The translations under genes and the position numbers were made by a program. Below are positions 31,690-41,280 of a DNA stretch of 48,083 bases, piece by piece. Each line of letters opens with the position of its first letter. The first letter of the stretch is position 1. The notes beneath the pieces are model-generated. The model searched no databases. It was not told the origin of the DNA and saw only the letters and a program-made list of their open reading frames with translations. The stretch is from a virus, in IMG/VR virus record IMGVR_UViG_3300005096_000100, positions 1 through 48,083 of that record; one strand, given 5' to 3'.

Positions 31690-33378
31690 ATGGCTGAAAA
31701 ATTACTACAGTCGGATAAGTTAAAAGACCGCGATCATCTCGACCACAGATTTGGTGAGATGCAGCGCGAGTATCAGACTTTCGAGCCTCACTATAAAGAC
31801 CTGTCGGAATTTGTCGATCCACGCCGAGGTAGGTTCTTCGTAGAAGACCGCAATAGAGGTGGTAAGCGCCATAAGAATATCATCAACAACACGGCTACGT
31901 TTGCACTAGCTAAAGCAACTGCTGGACTGCTGGCCGGAGCCGTGTCACCGAGCCGCCCATGGTTCGCATACGACATGATGGATAAAGATATCTTACGCGA
32001 TCCAGAAATAAAAGTGTGGATTGAACTTCTACGTAAGATCGTTTTACTAATTATGAATAAGAGCAATTTCTACAACATGGCGCCAACTATGTTGCGGGAG
32101 CTTATTTTATTTGGTACGGGGTGCATGACTCATGTCGATGACTTCGATGATGTGGCGCGTTTCTATACTCATACGGTGGGTAGCTATTATATATCTCAGA
32201 ACAGCCGGAAGATAGTAGACGGTTTGGCACGAAAATTCCAAATGACCGCATATCAGATGGTGCAGCAATTCGGCATTGGCAATGTCAGTATCGCCGTCAG
32301 GAATAACTTCAATAACCATAACAAAGGTAGCTGGCATACGGTTCGACATTTGATTGAGCTAAATCCTTTCAGGGATGAAGAGCGCGGGCAGATGAGTTCG
32401 GAGTTCATGAGATATCGATCCGTCTATTGGGAGCAAGGGCAAAAACACACTTTCTTACAGAAGAAAGGGTTTAAGGGTTTCCCAGGGTATGTGCCGCGAT
32501 GGGAAGTAACGGGAGAAGATATTTATGGCACTAGCTGCCCAGGTATGACGATCCTTGGGGATGTGAGACAGCTACAAGGCCAAGAGAGGGAGTTGGCGAA
32601 AGGTATCGCTAAGAATGTGACGCCTGTACTACAAGGGCCGCCTTCTCTGAAAAACCAACCCATTCGTAATCTGCCGGGCGGAGTAATAATCAACACGTCT
32701 ACCAACAATAAACTGGAAACGGTGTACGACGTAGACCCGCGCGTCAGTGAAATGATGGTAAGTATACAAAGTACAGAAGGACGTATTAAAGATGGGATGT
32801 ACCTCGATCTGTTTATGGCGATTACAGAGATGGACGGTATACAGCCTAAGAACCAGTTACAGCTTTCTCAGGTAAATGCGGAACGTATGTTACAGTTAGG
32901 TCCGGTTCTAGAGCAAGTTCACGGGGAATGGCTGTCTAGGGTAGTGGATCGTGTCACTAACCAAGTACTCGATGCGGGTATAATGCCTGATGCGCCGGAG
33001 AAGTTACAAGGTCGCCCCCTCGATATAGAGTTCATTTCCGCACTTGCGATGGCACAAAAATCCGTAGCCACCGGCGCTATCGAAAGGACCATCGGGTTCG
33101 CTGCCGAGATGGGGGCGGGCGGCTTAGACGTGTCGAATAAGATTGACGCTGATTTTGCTTTGGACGAATATTCTTCTCTAGTTGGCGCACCGCCGCGAAT
33201 GATAGTACCAACGACCGAAGCTGTACGTTTACGCCAGGAAACTCTACAGCAACAGCAGCAGCAACAGCAGCTAGAGATGGCGGGTCAAGCTGCTAATATA
33301 GCTAAAATGGCGTCCGACGCTAAACTAGGTGACGACAATGTATTGTCTTCGGCTATCGGAAGGGAGAGCCAGGGATGA
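31690..33378 (+). CDS. Portal (podovirus head-to-tail connector type)
   Basis: 562 aa. The N-terminal region (FEPHYKDLSEFVDPRRGRF...NIINNTA) resembles T7 gp8-type connectors. The position after terminase fits. Confidence 0.8.
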   Translation: MAEKLLQSDKLKDRDHLDHRFGEMQREYQTFEPHYKDLSEFVDPRRGRFFVEDRNRGGKRHKNIINNTATFALAKATAGLLAGAVSPSRPWFAYDMMDKDILRDPEIKVWIELLRKIVLLIMNKSNFYNMAPTMLRELILFGTGCMTHVDDFDDVARFYTHTVGSYYISQNSRKIVDGLARKFQMTAYQMVQQFGIGNVSIAVRNNFNNHNKGSWHTVRHLIELNPFRDEERGQMSSEFMRYRSVYWEQGQKHTFLQKKGFKGFPGYVPRWEVTGEDIYGTSCPGMTILGDVRQLQGQERELAKGIAKNVTPVLQGPPSLKNQPIRNLPGGVIINTSTNNKLETVYDVDPRVSEMMVSIQSTEGRIKDGMYLDLFMAITEMDGIQPKNQLQLSQVNAERMLQLGPVLEQVHGEWLSRVVDRVTNQVLDAGIMPDAPEKLQGRPLDIEFISALAMAQKSVATGAIERTIGFAAEMGAGGLDVSNKIDADFALDEYSSLVGAPPRMIVPTTEAVRLRQETLQQQQQQQQLEMAGQAANIAKMASDAKLGDDNVLSSAIGRESQG

Positions 33379-33797
33379 GGTATAAACGAGGATTTAAATA
33401 CCAACTTAACGAAGAGTTTACTCTCACTACGCCTATTCGTCCAGCTAAGCCGATCTACACTAGCTTCATTGATTTGAATGAAGAAGGATGGTTGGTGATA
33501 CGAGCGGGGTATGCTTGGGATGGTGCGTCAGGTCCGACAATAGATACGGACAATTCAATGGTGGCTAGTCTCGTACATGACAGCTTGTACCAGCTTATTC
33601 GCATGGAGATGCTGGATAGAACCTGGCGTACCACTGCGGATACGGTGCTTTACGAACTATGCGTGAGCGCGGGCATGTATCAGTGGCGGGCGAAACTTTG
33701 GTACAGAAGTGTATCCAGCTTCGCAAAAGGTGCAGCGGACCCTAAAAACGCTAAAAAGGTGTTCCAGGTTCCGAATGTAAAATTGGGGAGTACCTAG
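33375..33797 (+). CDS. DUF1353-like protein (140 aa)
   Basis: The pattern GYAWDGASGP...SLVHDSLYQL matches the DUF1353 signature as I recall it. Confidence 0.55.
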   Translation: MRYKRGFKYQLNEEFTLTTPIRPAKPIYTSFIDLNEEGWLVIRAGYAWDGASGPTIDTDNSMVASLVHDSLYQLIRMEMLDRTWRTTADTVLYELCVSAGMYQWRAKLWYRSVSSFAKGAADPKNAKKVFQVPNVKLGST

Positions 33798-33798
33798 T

Positions 33799-34167
33799 AT
33801 GGTATCACGTGATACCTCTGACGCGAAACTCGTTAAGACCCAGGAAGAGATGCACGAAGTTCGGACCACTCTACATAGAGAGATGATGGCTAAAGTGCTC
33901 GGCACTTATGAGGGGCGACATATTCTGTATAACGTTCTGGCATTGGGGGATATATATGAGCAAAGAGACAGTATGTCTTATGGTTTGGCGGAAAGCCAAC
34001 GGGCTATAGGGCGTAGGGAAATGTCGCTGGATTTGCTTAAAGACATATTGACAGCCGATCCGAACGCTTATATTGTCATGCAACAAGAGGTTGGGGCCTT
34101 CGAGGAAAAGTTTGAAGTTGTAGAAGACGCACCGGAAGAGGATGAAGATGATGACGATCATGAATGA
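33799..34167 (+). CDS. Hypothetical acidic protein (122 aa)
   Basis: ATG with a GGGGAG RBS 8 nt upstream. Codons 2-6 (VSRDT) are the palindrome copy at 33801. Confidence 0.5.
   Translation: MVSRDTSDAKLVKTQEEMHEVRTTLHREMMAKVLGTYEGRHILYNVLALGDIYEQRDSMSYGLAESQRAIGRREMSLDLLKDILTADPNAYIVMQQEVGAFEEKFEVVEDAPEEDEDDDDHE
33801..33816. repeat. Palindrome, perfect
   Basis: Begins with the G of ATG 33799. Read as codons 2-6 (VSRDT). Confidence 0.95.
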
Positions 34168-34876
34168 TGACACCGAGAATACTGACACTGGCAACAGTGG
34201 CAGTGACGACGATAGCGGAGAAGAAGCCGTTGTCAAAAACGAAGACCAGGAAGCCGATGACAAGTCTGACGATAAGCCCGATGACAAGTCTGACGACGCG
34301 AAGAAAGATGAGGACAAGGGCGACGATGATAAGCCCGATGACAAGTCTGACGACGCGAAGAAAGATGAGGACAAGGGCGATGATGAAGATAAGCCGGAAG
34401 GTGCTCCTGAAAGCTATACCGACTTTACGATCCCTGAAGGATTTGATGTCGATGAAACACGTTTGGAACGCTTCCAGAAATACGGGAAAGATAACAATCT
34501 GACCCAGGACGCGGCCCAAGAGTTAATTGACTTGCATGCTGAAGTGGTGACTGAAGTTGCTACTAGCAATCAAGATCGCTGGGATGTTATTAGGGACGGC
34601 TGGAAAAAGGATAGTCTCGCTGACAAAGAACTGCACGACGAGAAAGGCGACGCCAAAGCTGGTATTGCTCTTGCTAAGACTGCGGCCATTGCTCTGGGCG
34701 GCGAAGAATTGATCGCTGCTTTTGATCTTACTGGTGTCGGCGACCATCCTGCCGTTACGAAAGCGTTTCATAAATTGGGTAAGGCTATGGAAGAAGATAA
34801 GTTCGTATTCGGAAACGCTAGTTCGAAAGAGCTTTCTGCTGCCCAAGTCCTTTACCCTTCAATGAAGGATAAATAG
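34160..34876 (+). CDS. Scaffolding protein (start ambiguous, 34142-34160)
   Basis: Very acidic N-terminus with a 19-aa tandem repeat. The C-terminal part is alpha-helical. It lies immediately upstream of the major capsid gene. Confidence 0.6.
   Translation: MNDDTENTDTGNSGSDDDSGEEAVVKNEDQEADDKSDDKPDDKSDDAKKDEDKGDDDKPDDKSDDAKKDEDKGDDEDKPEGAPESYTDFTIPEGFDVDETRLERFQKYGKDNNLTQDAAQELIDLHAEVVTEVATSNQDRWDVIRDGWKKDSLADKELHDEKGDAKAGIALAKTAAIALGGEELIAAFDLTGVGDHPAVTKAFHKLGKAMEEDKFVFGNASSKELSAAQVLYPSMKDK
34253..34384. repeat. 57-bp tandem repeat (2 copies plus a partial) in the scaffold gene
   Basis: Units at 34271 and 34328, encoding DKPDDKSDDAKKDEDKGDD. Confidence 0.9.
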
Positions 34877-34887
34877 GAGTTACCTCG

Positions 34888-35904
34888 ATGGCTGTCAAAG
34901 CTGTTACCAACCCCACTCTTCTCGATCTCGCCAACCGTACCGACCCCGATGGTAATATTGCCGTTGTCATTGAAATTCTGAATGAGACTTCGGAAATTCT
35001 GGACGATATGACTTGGGTCGAAGGCAATATGACGACCGGCCACAAGTCCACTATCCGTACGGGTCTTCCCGCGCCGACTTGGCGTAAGCTTTATGCTGGT
35101 GTTCAGCCTACCAAATCCCGCACCAGCCAGGTCGTCGATACGACGGGTATGCTGGAAGCGTTTGCCGAAGTCGATGTCGCTCTGGCGCAGCTATCCGGAA
35201 ACGTGGCCGACTTTCGTTTGTCTGAAGACCGTCCACACATGGAGGGTATTCACCAAGAACTTACGGATACTATCTTCTACGGTAACGAAGCAACGGAGCC
35301 GGAAGCCTTTACTGGTCTGTCTCCCCGCTATAATAGCTTGAGCGCTGAAAATGCTGACAACATTATCGACGCTGGTGGTACTGGTTCTGATAATGGTTCG
35401 ATCTGGCTTATTGGCTGGGGCGAATTGTCTTGCCACGGTATTATCCCTAAAGGTTCTGTCGCCGGTTTGCAGCAGAAAGATATGGGCGAAGTCGTCATCG
35501 AAAACGTCGATGGTAACAACGGTCGCATGGTTGCGTATCGCACGCACTATCGTCTTGATGCCGGTATTGTTGTGCGGGATTGGCGTTTCATCGTTCGCAT
35601 CTGCAACATCGACAAGTCGTTGCTCTCGACCGTCTTCACTTCTGGTGCTTTTGCTAGTGGTGCGCATTTGCCGGAATTGATGTTTCAGGCGATGGAGCTA
35701 CTTCCGAACATGGGTTCTGGTCAACGTTTGGCATTCTACATGTCTCGTGGTATCCGCACCAAAGTTCGGCAGCAGTTTGCGGCAGCGGTACAGGGCTCGA
35801 CTTTGGAGACGGAACAGGTCGGCGGTAAGCTGGTTGAGTTCTTTCACGGTATCCCGCTCCGCCGTGTCGATGCGCTGGCGGCTGACGAAACTCGCGTAGT
35901 CTAG
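34888..35904 (+). CDS. Major capsid protein
   Basis: 338 aa with a strong TAGGAG RBS. The position after the scaffold gene, before a terminator-bounded unit, fits. Confidence 0.75.
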   Translation: MAVKAVTNPTLLDLANRTDPDGNIAVVIEILNETSEILDDMTWVEGNMTTGHKSTIRTGLPAPTWRKLYAGVQPTKSRTSQVVDTTGMLEAFAEVDVALAQLSGNVADFRLSEDRPHMEGIHQELTDTIFYGNEATEPEAFTGLSPRYNSLSAENADNIIDAGGTGSDNGSIWLIGWGELSCHGIIPKGSVAGLQQKDMGEVVIENVDGNNGRMVAYRTHYRLDAGIVVRDWRFIVRICNIDKSLLSTVFTSGAFASGAHLPELMFQAMELLPNMGSGQRLAFYMSRGIRTKVRQQFAAAVQGSTLETEQVGGKLVEFFHGIPLRRVDALAADETRVV

Positions 35905-35938
35905 TTCTACGTAAATTCATAAGGAAGGACAAAACATC

Positions 35939-36412
35939 ATGGCTATTCTCGATGTACTTACCGAGTTCGCTGACGGAGTATCTGTCGCTAATGCGGCAGG
36001 CACAGACTTGATTGGGGATGTTATCGACATCTCCGAAAGCCGAGACTTGGGTAATAGCGGCCCGATCTACCTGGTCATCCAGTGCGCTACCTCAATCATT
36101 ACTGGTGGGGCCGCTGGTACGATCCAGTTTATCCTGGCATCGGACGCTCAAGCCGCCATTGCTACTGACGGTACGGCCACGGAGCATTTCTTGACGCAGG
36201 CTTTCGTGACGGATGATGCTGCTTTGAACGATCTTGACGCGGGCACTTACATTGCTCGTGTCGTGCTACCCATGGAAGCGCTTGATGCTTACGAGCGGTT
36301 CCTTGGTATCCTTGCGGTGGTCGGGACTACGACTGTCACTGCGGGGGCTATCGACGCATTCCTGACGCTTACTCCGCCTAACTGGCGTAGTTTGCCGGAT
36401 GCAGTGAACTAG
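35939..36412 (+). CDS. Head decoration/cement-like protein (Bbp16-like)
   Basis: 157 aa with an AAGGAAGG RBS, directly after the capsid gene and followed by a terminator. The sequence pattern recalls the BPP-1 Bbp16 family. Confidence 0.45.
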   Translation: MAILDVLTEFADGVSVANAAGTDLIGDVIDISESRDLGNSGPIYLVIQCATSIITGGAAGTIQFILASDAQAAIATDGTATEHFLTQAFVTDDAALNDLDAGTYIARVVLPMEALDAYERFLGILAVVGTTTVTAGAIDAFLTLTPPNWRSLPDAVN

Positions 36413-36436
36413 GTAGCGCTAGTGAAGCTATGTCGC

Positions 36437-36473
36437 CCTGGTATGACGTGATACCAGGGCGGCGTTTTCTTTT
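36437..36473 (+). terminator. Rho-independent terminator after the capsid/decoration genes
   Basis: Stem CCCTGGTATGAC/GTGATACCAGGG (contains the palindrome variant), followed by CGGCGTTTTCTTTT. Confidence 0.6.
36440..36455. repeat. Palindrome, 1 mismatch (GGTATGACGTGATACC), embedded in a terminator stem
   Basis: Flanks CCCT/AGGG extend the stem. A T-run follows. Confidence 0.9.
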
Positions 36474-36487
36474 AGGAGGGTTTGAAC

Positions 36488-36823
36488 GTGGCACATGAAC
36501 TAGTATCCATGAAGCGCACCAAGAAAGAAAAACAAAAAGATGCTGACTTAAACAGCTATGAAGACAATCCGTATCCTTGGGGACTTACTGTTTCGCTAGA
36601 TAACGACTCTGCCGGTAAGTTGGATGTCGGAACGTTCGAAGTAGGCGATGAGTTGATTATGGTTTCCCGCGTCACCGTAAAATCTGTCAACGTCAGTTCT
36701 TCGCAGCATGACGGCGGCAAAGTACATAGAAATATGGAACTGCAAATTACCGATATGTCTTTAGAGGAAGAAGAGGGTAAGACATCGGAAGAGAAAGCAA
36801 AGACCCTCTACCCAACGTCTTAA
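36488..36823 (+). CDS. Hypothetical virion-associated protein (111 aa)
   Basis: GTG at 36488 lies 8 nt after AGGAGGG. The track start, TTG at 36482, is too close to the RBS. Confidence 0.45.
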   Translation: MAHELVSMKRTKKEKQKDADLNSYEDNPYPWGLTVSLDNDSAGKLDVGTFEVGDELIMVSRVTVKSVNVSSSQHDGGKVHRNMELQITDMSLEEEEGKTSEEKAKTLYPTS

Positions 36824-36839
36824 CACCGGAGATAAGATT

Positions 36840-37556
36840 ATGGCTAAACGAGTAATATTGAAACGAGCTTGGCGCACCCCGCTGGGCAGGTTTGATCGCG
36901 CGATGGACGGCGTTCCCGTGGATATTCCTGAACGGGTTATCCGGCGCTACCCTCTACCTTCTGACGCAGAAATTGTTTCGAAAGACTATATTCCGCCCCT
37001 TGACCGAGAAGACGTGTCGGACGGAGATATGGACCGCGACGGCAGCATGACCGAAGCAGAAATGCAGAGGGAAATTCAACAGCGCGTTGATGCTGCGTTG
37101 GCACTTAAAGAGGCTGAAGCCCGTGGCCTGAAGTCAGAAGGTGTCGCCAAAAAGGCGAACGAACTTCTCGACAAAGAAGAGAAAGCGTCTACGCCAATGC
37201 CTTGCCCTGAAGGCGTTCCCGAAAGCTGCTGGGATGCGGAGAATGGTTGCGTGGACCCTGACGCTTTGGTGGCTTACATGGTTCAAACAGGGTCGATGCT
37301 AGAGAAAGGCAATGATGCTGGCACTGATAAGGGCGCTGGTGATGCTACCAGTGATGAGGAAGAAGACACCGAAGAAGACGAAGACGCTCACAAGGTTGAT
37401 TTGTCCATCTTGAGTAGGCCCACCACGGAAGTGATGGGTTTGCTGGATGAAATGTCTTTCGAGGGCCTTGAAGCCTTGCTGGAAGTGGAGAAGGCGGATA
37501 AGAAACGCAAGGGCCTCATCATCCACATCGAAGCTGCGATGGCGGATTTTGAATAG
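36840..37556 (+). CDS. Hypothetical acidic protein (238 aa)
   Basis: ORF with a GGAG RBS, followed by a strong terminator. Confidence 0.55.
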   Translation: MAKRVILKRAWRTPLGRFDRAMDGVPVDIPERVIRRYPLPSDAEIVSKDYIPPLDREDVSDGDMDRDGSMTEAEMQREIQQRVDAALALKEAEARGLKSEGVAKKANELLDKEEKASTPMPCPEGVPESCWDAENGCVDPDALVAYMVQTGSMLEKGNDAGTDKGAGDATSDEEEDTEEDEDAHKVDLSILSRPTTEVMGLLDEMSFEGLEALLEVEKADKKRKGLIIHIEAAMADFE

Positions 37557-37585
37557 CAGCAGTCCGCCCCTATTTGAATGACAAA

Positions 37586-37618
37586 GGGCGGGCAAATATC
37601 TGCCCGCCCATCATTTTT
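37586..37618 (+). terminator. Rho-independent terminator
   Basis: Perfect 9-bp stem GGGCGGGCA/TGCCCGCCC with a 6-nt loop, then ATCATTTTT. Confidence 0.75.
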
Positions 37619-37629
37619 GGAGACGATAG

Positions 37630-38235
37630 ATGCCTATTGGATTTGATAAAGTGGTTATTTCGAATATGGCACTATCTCGTATTGGGTCAAAGAGTACTAT
37701 CGAGAGCTTAACGGAAGAGACGGTTGCCGCTCGCGTATGTAGGCTCTGGTACGATGCCGCTAGACGAGCCTCGCTCGAAGCATTCAATTGGTCGTTTGCT
37801 CGAAAGAGTGGTCTACTCGCTCCACACAGTGTCGCTGCGCCTTCTAACCGGTGGGTCTATCGGTACATCTATCCCTCTGACTGCGTGGCCCCTCGATTAA
37901 TAGAGAACCCGCTTGGGGTGGAAGCCGACGCGGTGTCTTATGAGGTTGAGACGGCAGGGAATGAGACCCTATCTATCGTCACCGATCAAGAGACGCCGTA
38001 CTTGATCTATACTTTTGATTTGACGAATACTGATCTGTTCTCACTGCATTTCGTTGCTATGGTGTCTACGAAGCTAGGTGAGTTAATTAATTCAGAACTA
38101 TCCGGCAAGACAAGCGTGGCGGGTCGGCTGGAGAAGAGATTTTCGGAGTTAAGGTTGGAAGCTCCTACCATGGATGCCTCTGGTCAGATAGCTAAAAAAG
38201 AACGCGACGCTTCGTGGATAAGGGAACGTGTCTAA
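37630..38235 (+). CDS. Tail adaptor / tail tubular protein A-like (T7 gp11-like)
   Basis: 201 aa. The size, the position directly before the nozzle gene, and the N-terminal pattern (NMALSRIG...WYDAARRASLEAFNWSFA) fit. Confidence 0.55.
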   Translation: MPIGFDKVVISNMALSRIGSKSTIESLTEETVAARVCRLWYDAARRASLEAFNWSFARKSGLLAPHSVAAPSNRWVYRYIYPSDCVAPRLIENPLGVEADAVSYEVETAGNETLSIVTDQETPYLIYTFDLTNTDLFSLHFVAMVSTKLGELINSELSGKTSVAGRLEKRFSELRLEAPTMDASGQIAKKERDASWIRERV

Positions 38236-41200
38236 ATGCCTCGCCTTATACAGCCGTCTTTTGCTCGTGGTGAACTAGGGCCGGAGTTATACGGTCGTGT
38301 CGATGTAGCTGCTTACGCGGTGTCCCTACGCACCGCGCTAAACCTAATCATCCATGCTTATGGTGGCGCAAGCAACAGGGCGGGACTTCTGTATGTAGGC
38401 CCTTGCGCTAGCAGTACGCACGCCAGTACGCCTCCAAACATCATTGAGTTTAAGTTCAATGTACAGGATACTTACATCTTGGAATTTGGCGGGCTGTACA
38501 TGCGCGTCATTAGAAACGACGCCCACGTATTGAACGCCGCTGTAGTTATATCGGGAGCGTCGGCGGCTAATCCAGCCGTCCTTACGGCCACTGGGCATGG
38601 CTATTCAAATGGTACCGACGTGTACGTAGACAACGTAGTCGGCATGACGGAGTTAAATGGGCGTTGGTTTACTGTCGCTAATGCCACCGCTAATACGTTT
38701 GAATTGACCAGCCAACAGACCGGAGTTGCCATAGATAGCTCTAGTTACGCTGCGTATGGTTCGGCTGGCATTGTTTCGTCCGTATACGAAATAGTTACAC
38801 CATACACACTGGCTGAAGTCACGGATTTGAGGCACGTGCAGTCCGCGAATGTAATGACTTTTGTGCATCCTAGCCATCCTCCACAGGAATTAACCAGGAC
38901 AGATCACGATGCCTGGACATTAGTAGAGGTTGATTTCAAACCGGAGCAAGTTCCGCCATCAGCTATCGGTGCGATAGTGAATAGTGCAGGCGCGGTAACG
39001 TACAAATATAAAGTAGCGTCAGTTAATGAAGAGAGCGGGGAAGAGAGCCTCCCCGGTGCCAGCGACATCAAGTTCGATATCAATTCCATAACTAGGGCGA
39101 ACCCCTGCGTGGTAGAGACTACTGCTGCGAACACTTACGACGATGGGGACGAAATAGAGATATCACTTGTAGTAGGGATGACGGAACTTAACGGCAGACG
39201 GTTCACTGTCGATAGATTAACGGCAACTACTTTCGCCCTAGAAGGCGAGGATAGCACAGCGTACACATTGTATTCTTCCGGAGGTGAAACTCGCGCCACA
39301 TTCATTAGGGTGCCCAGTGCCGCTGCTACAGCTAATAACACGGTTGACTGGACAGGTGCCGCAGAGGCAGGACGGTATTCGGTGTACCGAGAAGACAATG
39401 GACTGTATGGTTTCTTAGGCAATACGGAACTTCTGCTGTTCGATGACGAAAACATCTCTCCTGACCTAGCCATAACTCCACCCAAAACTCGTAACCCTTT
39501 CTTCGGCAGCGGGAATTCTCCAAGCGTAGTTAGCTACTACGAACAGCGTAGGGTGTTCGGCGGGTCAGACAATAAACCAGATACTAAGGACTATTCGGTG
39601 ACTGGTAGCCAAGGTAATATGAGCCGGTCATCCCCCTTACAAGCTGATGACGCAATCACTGCTACGTTGAATTCGCTTGAAGTTAACGTGATTAGGGCGT
39701 TCGTCCCAATGAACGATCTGTTGGTTTTTACTTCCGGCAGTGAGTGGCGTATAAATTCAGGAACGGAACTAGCTTTTAGTGCCGAGAACTTAAGACAAAA
39801 ACCTCAAAGTAATTGGGGTTCGGCGTTGCTGGACCCAATCGTAGTGGGGGATAAAGTACTCTATGTGACGGAAAACTCTGCCTACGTGCGGAGTACCGGC
39901 TACGAGCTATCGATAGATGGATATAGGGGTAACGATATGACGGTGTTTTCTCCGCATATCTTTCGTAATGATACTATAGTCGATTGGGCATTTACCCGGT
40001 GGCCTGACCCGATCATCAACACGGTGAGGTCCGATGGGTATGCTCCAGCACTGACATTCAACCCGGAACAGGAAGTAGTTGCGTGGAGTGTTTGGAAGAC
40101 AGACGGGAAGTTCAAACACGTCGCCTCTACTCGACCTAACTCTGACGATGTAGATACGCAACCTTATTTCGTTGTCCAACGTAAGATAGGCGGGAGCAAT
40201 GTCTACTATATAGAACGGACACACAGTCGCAGGTTCACAGATGTAAAGGACTGCTTCTTCGTAGATAGTGGTCTTTCTCTCGATCTACCTAAAACCATAA
40301 CTAACGTAACGTCTGTTTACCCGGCAGTCGTAACGTCGGTTGCGCACGGTTTCGCTTACGGGGATGAAGTTGATCTATCGGATATAGTTTGGGAGCCTGA
40401 CGTAGATAAAGTGTTTAACGAGACGCAACCTGAACAACTCAACAAAGGTAGATTTTTCGTCGCTGAAGCCTTGGCTAACAGTTTTGAGTTGGTTAGTATA
40501 GATGGTCGTAGAGATATTACGGCAGTTACTCAAGCTAACCCTGCCGTAGTTACTTCAGCCGCTCATGGGCTGTCGAACGGAGATGTTGTTGGCGTATTCA
40601 ATACTAAAGGCATGGTGGAGCTAAATGGTAATACTTACAAAATCGCCAACAAAACTGACGATACATATGAATTGAATACTCTAGCTGACGCGAACGTGGA
40701 TAGCACTCCATACACTGCCTATGTCGTGGGGGGTAACACTTATCCAGCTATAGACGGAAGTGCTTTCAACGATTACGTGGAAGGCGGCACCGCTAGGCTG
40801 ACCACTCTTACGGTATCTGGCGCGTGGCATCTCGAAGGTCGGGCGGTCGTCATACTAGCTGATGGTAATGTCGTCACTGATAGGACGGTAGTCAACGGAC
40901 AGGTGACACTACCTTATAAAGCTAGTCGAGTTCACATAGGTTTGAGGTACATCGCGGACCTTGAGACATTAGACCCGGAGCCTCCCGTAGCAGGCACCGT
41001 ACAAGGTTCGTCCATACGGGTTCCCTATATCACTGTCAGGGTTAAAGATACCCGTGGCATACATATAGGGCCGAACAAATACGACTTAGTGGAAATCCCT
41101 CAGAGAGAATTCGAGAAAGACGGAGAACCTACCGATCTTCTCACGGGCGATAAAGAGTTAGAAATACCTGCTGACTGGAACGGCGGAGGTAGGGCCTTCT

Positions 41201-41280
41201 TACGACAGATATACCCGCTGCCGATGACTGTATCCGCTTTGATACCCTATCTTGACGTGGGCGACACCGATGAAGAATAA
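38236..41280 (+). CDS. Tail nozzle / tail tubular protein B-like, with four inserted FCCH-like modules
   Basis: 1014 aa. Gene order is as for T7 gp12. Four modules of ~70 aa carry the motif GM(T/V)ELNG...(T/S)FEL. Confidence 0.6.
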   Translation: MPRLIQPSFARGELGPELYGRVDVAAYAVSLRTALNLIIHAYGGASNRAGLLYVGPCASSTHASTPPNIIEFKFNVQDTYILEFGGLYMRVIRNDAHVLNAAVVISGASAANPAVLTATGHGYSNGTDVYVDNVVGMTELNGRWFTVANATANTFELTSQQTGVAIDSSSYAAYGSAGIVSSVYEIVTPYTLAEVTDLRHVQSANVMTFVHPSHPPQELTRTDHDAWTLVEVDFKPEQVPPSAIGAIVNSAGAVTYKYKVASVNEESGEESLPGASDIKFDINSITRANPCVVETTAANTYDDGDEIEISLVVGMTELNGRRFTVDRLTATTFALEGEDSTAYTLYSSGGETRATFIRVPSAAATANNTVDWTGAAEAGRYSVYREDNGLYGFLGNTELLLFDDENISPDLAITPPKTRNPFFGSGNSPSVVSYYEQRRVFGGSDNKPDTKDYSVTGSQGNMSRSSPLQADDAITATLNSLEVNVIRAFVPMNDLLVFTSGSEWRINSGTELAFSAENLRQKPQSNWGSALLDPIVVGDKVLYVTENSAYVRSTGYELSIDGYRGNDMTVFSPHIFRNDTIVDWAFTRWPDPIINTVRSDGYAPALTFNPEQEVVAWSVWKTDGKFKHVASTRPNSDDVDTQPYFVVQRKIGGSNVYYIERTHSRRFTDVKDCFFVDSGLSLDLPKTITNVTSVYPAVVTSVAHGFAYGDEVDLSDIVWEPDVDKVFNETQPEQLNKGRFFVAEALANSFELVSIDGRRDITAVTQANPAVVTSAAHGLSNGDVVGVFNTKGMVELNGNTYKIANKTDDTYELNTLADANVDSTPYTAYVVGGNTYPAIDGSAFNDYVEGGTARLTTLTVSGAWHLEGRAVVILADGNVVTDRTVVNGQVTLPYKASRVHIGLRYIADLETLDPEPPVAGTVQGSSIRVPYITVRVKDTRGIHIGPNKYDLVEIPQREFEKDGEPTDLLTGDKELEIPADWNGGGRAFLRQIYPLPMTVSALIPYLDVGDTDEE

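Noticed and set aside
33871-34519. Minus-strand ORFs 33871..34374 and 34076..34519.
   Set aside because: They are antisense to the acidic repeat region of the scaffold gene and have a low-complexity Ser/Leu composition.
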